The notes beneath the pieces are model-generated. The model was not told the DNA's origin. It made no database searches and was given only the letters and a program-made list of their open reading frames with translations. Made by a program: the position numbers and the translations under genes. 64,000 nucleotides of DNA from Candidatus Latescibacterota bacterium (lineage in GTDB: Bacteria; Latescibacterota; UBA2968; UBA8231): assembly GCA_965206595.1 (NCBI GenBank), contig OZ242214.1, positions 6,592,001 to 6,656,000 of the forward strand. The letters are read 5' to 3'. Positions 59,585 to 64,000 of the stretch are shown in pieces. Positions within the stretch are counted from its first letter, which is position 1. Each line of letters opens with the position of its first letter.

Positions 59585-60670
59585 CTACGGGCGGCAGAAC
59601 CGCTTTCCCGGCAGCTGGACCACCCTTCCCGACATCTCCATTCGCAGCAGCAGATCGAGGGTCCGCGCAGGGCCCAGGCCGGTGAGTTCGCTCAGCTCGT
59701 CGACGTGGCGGGTCTCGTCGAGAAGGGCGGCGACCATCCCCTCCGGCGAGCCGTCGTCCGCCGCGGGCAGGCGCGGCTGCGGCTGAGGACGCGGGGGCGC
59801 GGCCAGTCCGAGGGACTCAAGCACGTCTGCCGCCCTTTCGACCAGCCCGGCCTCGCCGCGGCGGATCAGCCCATGGCACCCGGAGCTTTTGCCGGCGGCG
59901 ACGTCCCCCGGCACGGCAAACAGGGGGCGGCCCAGGTCGCGCGCGATGCGGGCGGTGATCAGGGCACCGCTGCGCGCCGGGGCCTCGGCGACGATTACCG
60001 CGGTGCACAGAGCGCTGACGATGCGGTTGCGCTTGGGAAAGGTGCCGGCCGATGCCGGCGTCCCCATCGGCTGCTCCGCAACCGCCGCACCTTTCTCCAA
60101 TATCCTCTTGTAAAGAGTTCGATTCCCCGCGGGGGAGGGCCTGTCGAGGCCGCTGCCGAGCACCGCCGCGGTTGCGCCCCCCGCCTCGAGGGCACCCTCG
60201 TGAGCCGCGGCGTCGATGCCATCCGCCATGCCGCTGACTACGCAGATTCCGGCCGCTGCCAGCTCTGCCGCCATTCTGCGGGCGAGCCGGCGCCCGCTCT
60301 CGCTGCACCGGCGCGTGCCGACCATGGCGATACAGCGGTCGCCCAGGCGTCCGGCGATGTAGAGAACGGCTGGCGGCGGGCGCAGTTCCGCAACCGGCGC
60401 GGGATATTGTTCGCTCGCGAACGGTGCAATCTCCACCCCGGCGGCGCGCGCCGCGGCGATCTGCGATTCCGCCCACTCCCTGTCGGGCGTTGCGCCCACG
60501 GCCTCCCGGGCGGCTGCTTCACCGACTATGCCCACCCAGTCCGCGCCGCGGTGGGCGAGGGCGGCGGTCGCCGAGCCGTACTCCCGGATCAGCCGGCAGG
60601 CGCGACCGTCCCCTATGTGGGGAAGCCGCCGCAACTCCAGGGCCGCTCTCGCTTCTCCGGCGCCGTTCAT
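59585..60670 (-). CDS. dprA: DNA-processing protein DprA
   Basis: MVGTR, VSGMADGIDAAAH, FPKRNRIVS, EAPARSGALITA, C-terminal winged helix. Confidence 0.92.
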   Translation of the reverse strand: MNGAGEARAALELRRLPHIGDGRACRLIREYGSATAALAHRGADWVGIVGEAAAREAVGATPDREWAESQIAAARAAGVEIAPFASEQYPAPVAELRPPPAVLYIAGRLGDRCIAMVGTRRCSESGRRLARRMAAELAAAGICVVSGMADGIDAAAHEGALEAGGATAAVLGSGLDRPSPAGNRTLYKRILEKGAAVAEQPMGTPASAGTFPKRNRIVSALCTAVIVAEAPARSGALITARIARDLGRPLFAVPGDVAAGKSSGCHGLIRRGEAGLVERAADVLESLGLAAPPRPQPQPRLPAADDGSPEGMVAALLDETRHVDELSELTGLGPARTLDLLLRMEMSGRVVQLPGKRFCRP

Positions 60671-61662
60671 CGCCGTTCCTCCTCGCGCCTCTCCCTGACC
60701 CGGTTTCCGAGGAAGGAGACGAGGTCGCCAAGTCCGTGTCCGCTGACCGCCGAGATTGCGAAGCGGGGTGCCGGGTCGCTCCACGATTCGGGAAGCGCCC
60801 GGTCCGGAACCTCGAACAGATCCGCTTTTGTCAAAGCGACGGCGTGCGGTTTGTCGAGCAGCGAAGGGTTGCTCTGGCGCAACTCGTGGCGCAACAGCTC
60901 GAAATCCCCCTCCGGATTAGGGCTGGCGGCGTCGAGGATGAACAGCAGGATGCGGGTGCGTTCGACGTGGCGCAGAAACCGCGTCCCCAGTCCCCTGCCC
61001 CGGTGGGCCCCTTCGATCAAACCGGGCAGATCGGCCATCAGGAAGGTCTCGTACTCGCTCCAGCGCACGATCCCGAGGTGCGGTTCGAGGGTGGTGAAAG
61101 GATAGCCGGCGATCTTCGGACGCGCCGCAGACAGGCGGGAAAGGAGCGTCGACTTGCCGGCGTTGGGCAGGCCGACGAGTCCGACTTCCGCCAGCAGCTT
61201 GAGCTCGAGGAGGACGACGGCCCCCTCCCCGGGCCCGCCCTCATCGGCACGCGTGGGCGCCTGGTTGCGGGAGGTCGCGAAGCGCGCGTTTCCGCGTCCC
61301 CCGCGGCCTCCCACGAGGAAGCGGAACTCCTGGCCGGCGACGACGAGGTCGGCGATGATCTCCCCAGCCTCGGTGCGGACCACCGTCCCGGGGGGCACCC
61401 TGATGACCGCGTCCTCGCCTCGGGCCCCGGTCATGTTCCCGCCGCGGCCATGGGTTCCGCGCCCCGCCGAGATCAGCGGCCGGTAGCGGTAGTCGAGCAG
61501 GGTGTCGAGGCTGTCGTCGACGCGGAAGATCACGCTTCCCCCGTCGCCGCCGTCGCCGCCGTCGGGCCCTCCTAGCGGCCGGTACTTCTCGCGCAGGAAG
61601 CTGCTGCAGCCATTGCCCCCGTCGCCGGAGCGCAGGGTAAGTCTGACCTCGTCGATGAACAC
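60667..61662 (-). CDS. obgE: GTPase ObgE
   Basis: FIDEV, GGPDGGDGG, GLPNAGKST, YPFTTL, DLPGLIEGAH. Confidence 0.95.
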   Translation of the reverse strand: MFIDEVRLTLRSGDGGNGCSSFLREKYRPLGGPDGGDGGDGGSVIFRVDDSLDTLLDYRYRPLISAGRGTHGRGGNMTGARGEDAVIRVPPGTVVRTEAGEIIADLVVAGQEFRFLVGGRGGRGNARFATSRNQAPTRADEGGPGEGAVVLLELKLLAEVGLVGLPNAGKSTLLSRLSAARPKIAGYPFTTLEPHLGIVRWSEYETFLMADLPGLIEGAHRGRGLGTRFLRHVERTRILLFILDAASPNPEGDFELLRHELRQSNPSLLDKPHAVALTKADLFEVPDRALPESWSDPAPRFAISAVSGHGLGDLVSFLGNRVRERREEERR

Positions 61663-61683
61663 AGCTGCCCCTTCAGGCCGCGG

Positions 61684-62163
61684 TCAGCGGTCGAAGCGGT
61701 TCTTCAGTCTGGCGGCGACCCCAGGTGGCACGAAGCGGTTGACTTCGCCCCCCATTTCCGCCACCTGGCGCACGACTGAGGAGTGGAGGTACATGAACTC
61801 CTGGCTTGTCATCAGGAACACGGTATCGAATTCCGGCCACAGCTCGCGGTTGGTCAGGGCCATGGAGAATTCGATATCGAAGTCGGTGAGGGCGCGCAAT
61901 CCGCGCACGGCGTGGGTAATTCCGTTGGCGCGGGCGTACTCCACCAGCAGGCCGGAGGTCTGGTCGACCTTTACTTGAGGCCACTGTTCGGTCGCTTCCC
62001 GGATCATCTCGATCCTCTCCCCCAGCGGGAACAGCGACTTTTTGGAAGGGTTGACGGCGATGAGAACGGTCAGTCGATCGAAGATGTCCAGGGCGCGTTC
62101 AATGATGTTGATATGCCCCAGGGTGATCGGGTCGAAGCTCCCCGGGTAGAGGGCGGTTTTCAT
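61684..62163 (-). CDS. coaD: Phosphopantetheine adenylyltransferase
   Basis: YPGSFDPITLGH, RGLRALTDF, SS.VR. Confidence 0.95.
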   Translation of the reverse strand: MKTALYPGSFDPITLGHINIIERALDIFDRLTVLIAVNPSKKSLFPLGERIEMIREATEQWPQVKVDQTSGLLVEYARANGITHAVRGLRALTDFDIEFSMALTNRELWPEFDTVFLMTSQEFMYLHSSVVRQVAEMGGEVNRFVPPGVAARLKNRFDR

Positions 62164-63002
62164 CGAGAACCTCCGTTTCTGGGTCCGGCCGCCATCACCA
62201 CCACGTCGACGGTGGCGAAAATCTGGGCGCTCTCCCACACCGCGTCCGCCCCGGGGTAGCCCGGAACGACGAGCAGCTCGACCAGGGCGTGCCGCTGCGT
62301 CGGCAATCCGATCGCGCGCGCGAAGGCGGTGATCTGGGAACGGGAACCTGAAGCCCAGAACTTCCCCCTTTTCCGCAGAAGGGAATCGCCGAGCCCCTGC
62401 TCCGCCACCGCGTCTGCATTTACACCGCGCAGTCCGGCTGCCAGCGCCCGCTCCTCCACCTGCTCGAACAGCAGCGTCCCCTCGGCCGCGGTAACCGCCG
62501 GCAGCGGAATACCGCCGAACCCCCTCAGCCTGCCCTGGAAGGCGAAGCGATACTGGTCTTCCCCCGCACTCCGGTCACACCGGTACGACAGGCTCGCCTC
62601 CGCCGGCAGCCCCTTCAGGGTATCGAGAATGCTCTGCAGGCTCTCTACCTGGTCTGCCCGGCAGGACCCTTCCAGGTGATATCCGCCCCCGGCGTCGGCC
62701 GCCAGCGAAGTCAGCCGCAGCGGCGGCGGCAGCTGATTCCCCAGGCGCAGGATACGCAGACATGCGCTAGTCCCCCGCGGTCTCTCGAGGGCGACGGAAA
62801 CGGGCGCCTCTTCGGGCGCCGGCTCGTGCCCGACCGGCTGTAGCTTTCCCGACAAGGTGGCGTGCAAGTCTCGAAAAAAGGGCAAGGGCCCCCCTCCCGC
62901 CGGCAGAAAAACGATCAACCCCACGCCCAGGGAGGGCCCGGACAAGGCGGCGATCAGCAACCAGCGCAGGCGATGGGATGGGCGCAGCTCTACGCGTATC
63001 AT
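62160..63002 (-). CDS. Hypothetical bitopic membrane protein, possibly PilN/PilO-like
   Basis: Single N-terminal TM helix; downstream of pilM-like gene; ATGA overlap with coaD; function inferred from context only. Confidence 0.45.
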   Translation of the reverse strand: MIRVELRPSHRLRWLLIAALSGPSLGVGLIVFLPAGGGPLPFFRDLHATLSGKLQPVGHEPAPEEAPVSVALERPRGTSACLRILRLGNQLPPPLRLTSLAADAGGGYHLEGSCRADQVESLQSILDTLKGLPAEASLSYRCDRSAGEDQYRFAFQGRLRGFGGIPLPAVTAAEGTLLFEQVEERALAAGLRGVNADAVAEQGLGDSLLRKRGKFWASGSRSQITAFARAIGLPTQRHALVELLVVPGYPGADAVWESAQIFATVDVVVMAAGPRNGGSR

Positions 63003-63233
63003 GACGGAGAAACCAGGGTTCTGTCCCGGAAAATTGATTGAAAAATCCGGACGCCGACACACCCGGCCCGCATCGCGCCTGGGCGGGTCGCACCGGGGAC
63101 GTACGGCAAGAGAGCATTGCCGCCAGCCGGGATCGAGGGAAAATTTCGCACCGATTAACTGTTTGGATTGAACCGCGATTTTCCCCTCAAGGACAGCGGC
63201 GTCCGGATTCACGCGGAATTGCGCGCGCAGGCA

Positions 63234-64000
63234 CTAGGCCTCGGACAGCCCTCGAAAGGCGAGACCGGCCGCGGTTGCGAAAGCGAACGGGTCGTCCACC
63301 TCGTCCATCCCCGTGGTGTCGACGTTGGCAAACGGGTCGAGCGCCTTGCTGCCCAGGGACAGTCTGGTCTCGACCTCCTGGCTCCACCCGTCGAGAGCCT
63401 CTCTGCCCGAGAGCCAGACCCGGTCCGGCTCCTCGCCTCCCAGCTCGAGATCCATCATCCTGCGCAGCGATACCGACAACAGCCCCCCCCTGGACGGGTC
63501 CGCGGCCGCGGTTGCCTGCCCATCCCCCTTCCGAGTGTCGAGGGCCCCTTGCCCGTAGGGAGCATAGCGGCCGTCCCAGTTGCAACCCTCGACCGCCAGC
63601 AGTTCCCCGCGATCGAGCAGAATCATGGTGACCCGGTCCCCGGCAAAATCCAGAACCAGGTCGATCCCGACCGTCGACGATGCCCCGCACGACTCGGCGG
63701 CGTTGCACAACGCCAAGGCGGCGACATCCACCCTGGGCCGGGAAATACCGGCACCGCGGCAGATCGCCGCCACCTCCTCGATTCCCTCGCGGCGCACGGC
63801 CACGACGAAGGCGGCCCTCGTCGTCGTGAAACAATCGAGGGTGTAGGAGCGGATGTCGTCTGACAGGAACTGCCGTGCCTCCCATTCGAGCTGGTCCCGG
63901 TTTTTCGAATCCTTGCGGTAGAAGAGCGGTGTCTGCTTGAGGTGCACGGCCCCGTAACGGAGGGTCGCGTACGGATTCTCGAAGCGCATACCGCGCTGGT
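63234..64000 (-). CDS. Type IV pilus assembly PilM-like protein, 5' end outside window
   Basis: LEWEARQFL, VDVAALALCNA, LVLDFAG, VWLSG, LDPF, FATAAGLAFRG (actin-like PilM C-terminus). Confidence 0.7.
   Translation of the reverse strand, partial: QRGMRFENPYATLRYGAVHLKQTPLFYRKDSKNRDQLEWEARQFLSDDIRSYTLDCFTTTRAAFVVAVRREGIEEVAAICRGAGISRPRVDVAALALCNAAESCGASSTVGIDLVLDFAGDRVTMILLDRGELLAVEGCNWDGRYAPYGQGALDTRKGDGQATAAADPSRGGLLSVSLRRMMDLELGGEEPDRVWLSGREALDGWSQEVETRLSLGSKALDPFANVDTTGMDEVDDPFAFATAAGLAFRGLSEA

Overview
High-GC bacterial chromosomal segment with about 60 genes. I found no rRNA, tRNA, CRISPR array, prophage or intact transposase. Housekeeping blocks: ispH, queC and queF, an ilvC-leuA-leuC-leuD-leuB-cimA-argJ-aminotransferase-accA run, and pilM-like to coaD-obgE-dprA. 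There is a metal-uptake locus (TroABCD-type ABC importer plus feoAB), with a DtxR/MntR regulator 38 kb away. Many catabolic enzymes of unknown substrate are present (PhyH, Gfo/Idh/MocA, RraA, FAH, DapA-like, IlvD/Edd, HpcH, TauD, and a decayed sulfatase). This mix suggests an FCB/PVC-type heterotroph such as Latescibacterota or Gemmatimonadota (inference only). Main observations: (1) both permeases of the metal ABC importer carry C-terminal DtxR-type metal-binding/dimerisation domains. (2) A TTTAG-N6-CTAAA palindrome overlaps the -10 boxes of both mntR and troA. (3) A Leu/Ile-rich leader ORF, hairpins and a 4x13-mer repeat sit upstream of ilvC. (4) A small membrane gene inside the leu operon is broken by an 11-bp duplication. 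(5) A dimethylformamidase-like gene overlaps queC and lies between queC and queF. (6) A rod-shaped intergenic RNA candidate occurs at 3279-3420. (7) A 49-bp IS-end-like palindrome follows feoB. All calls come from reading motifs by eye; no database searches were run.
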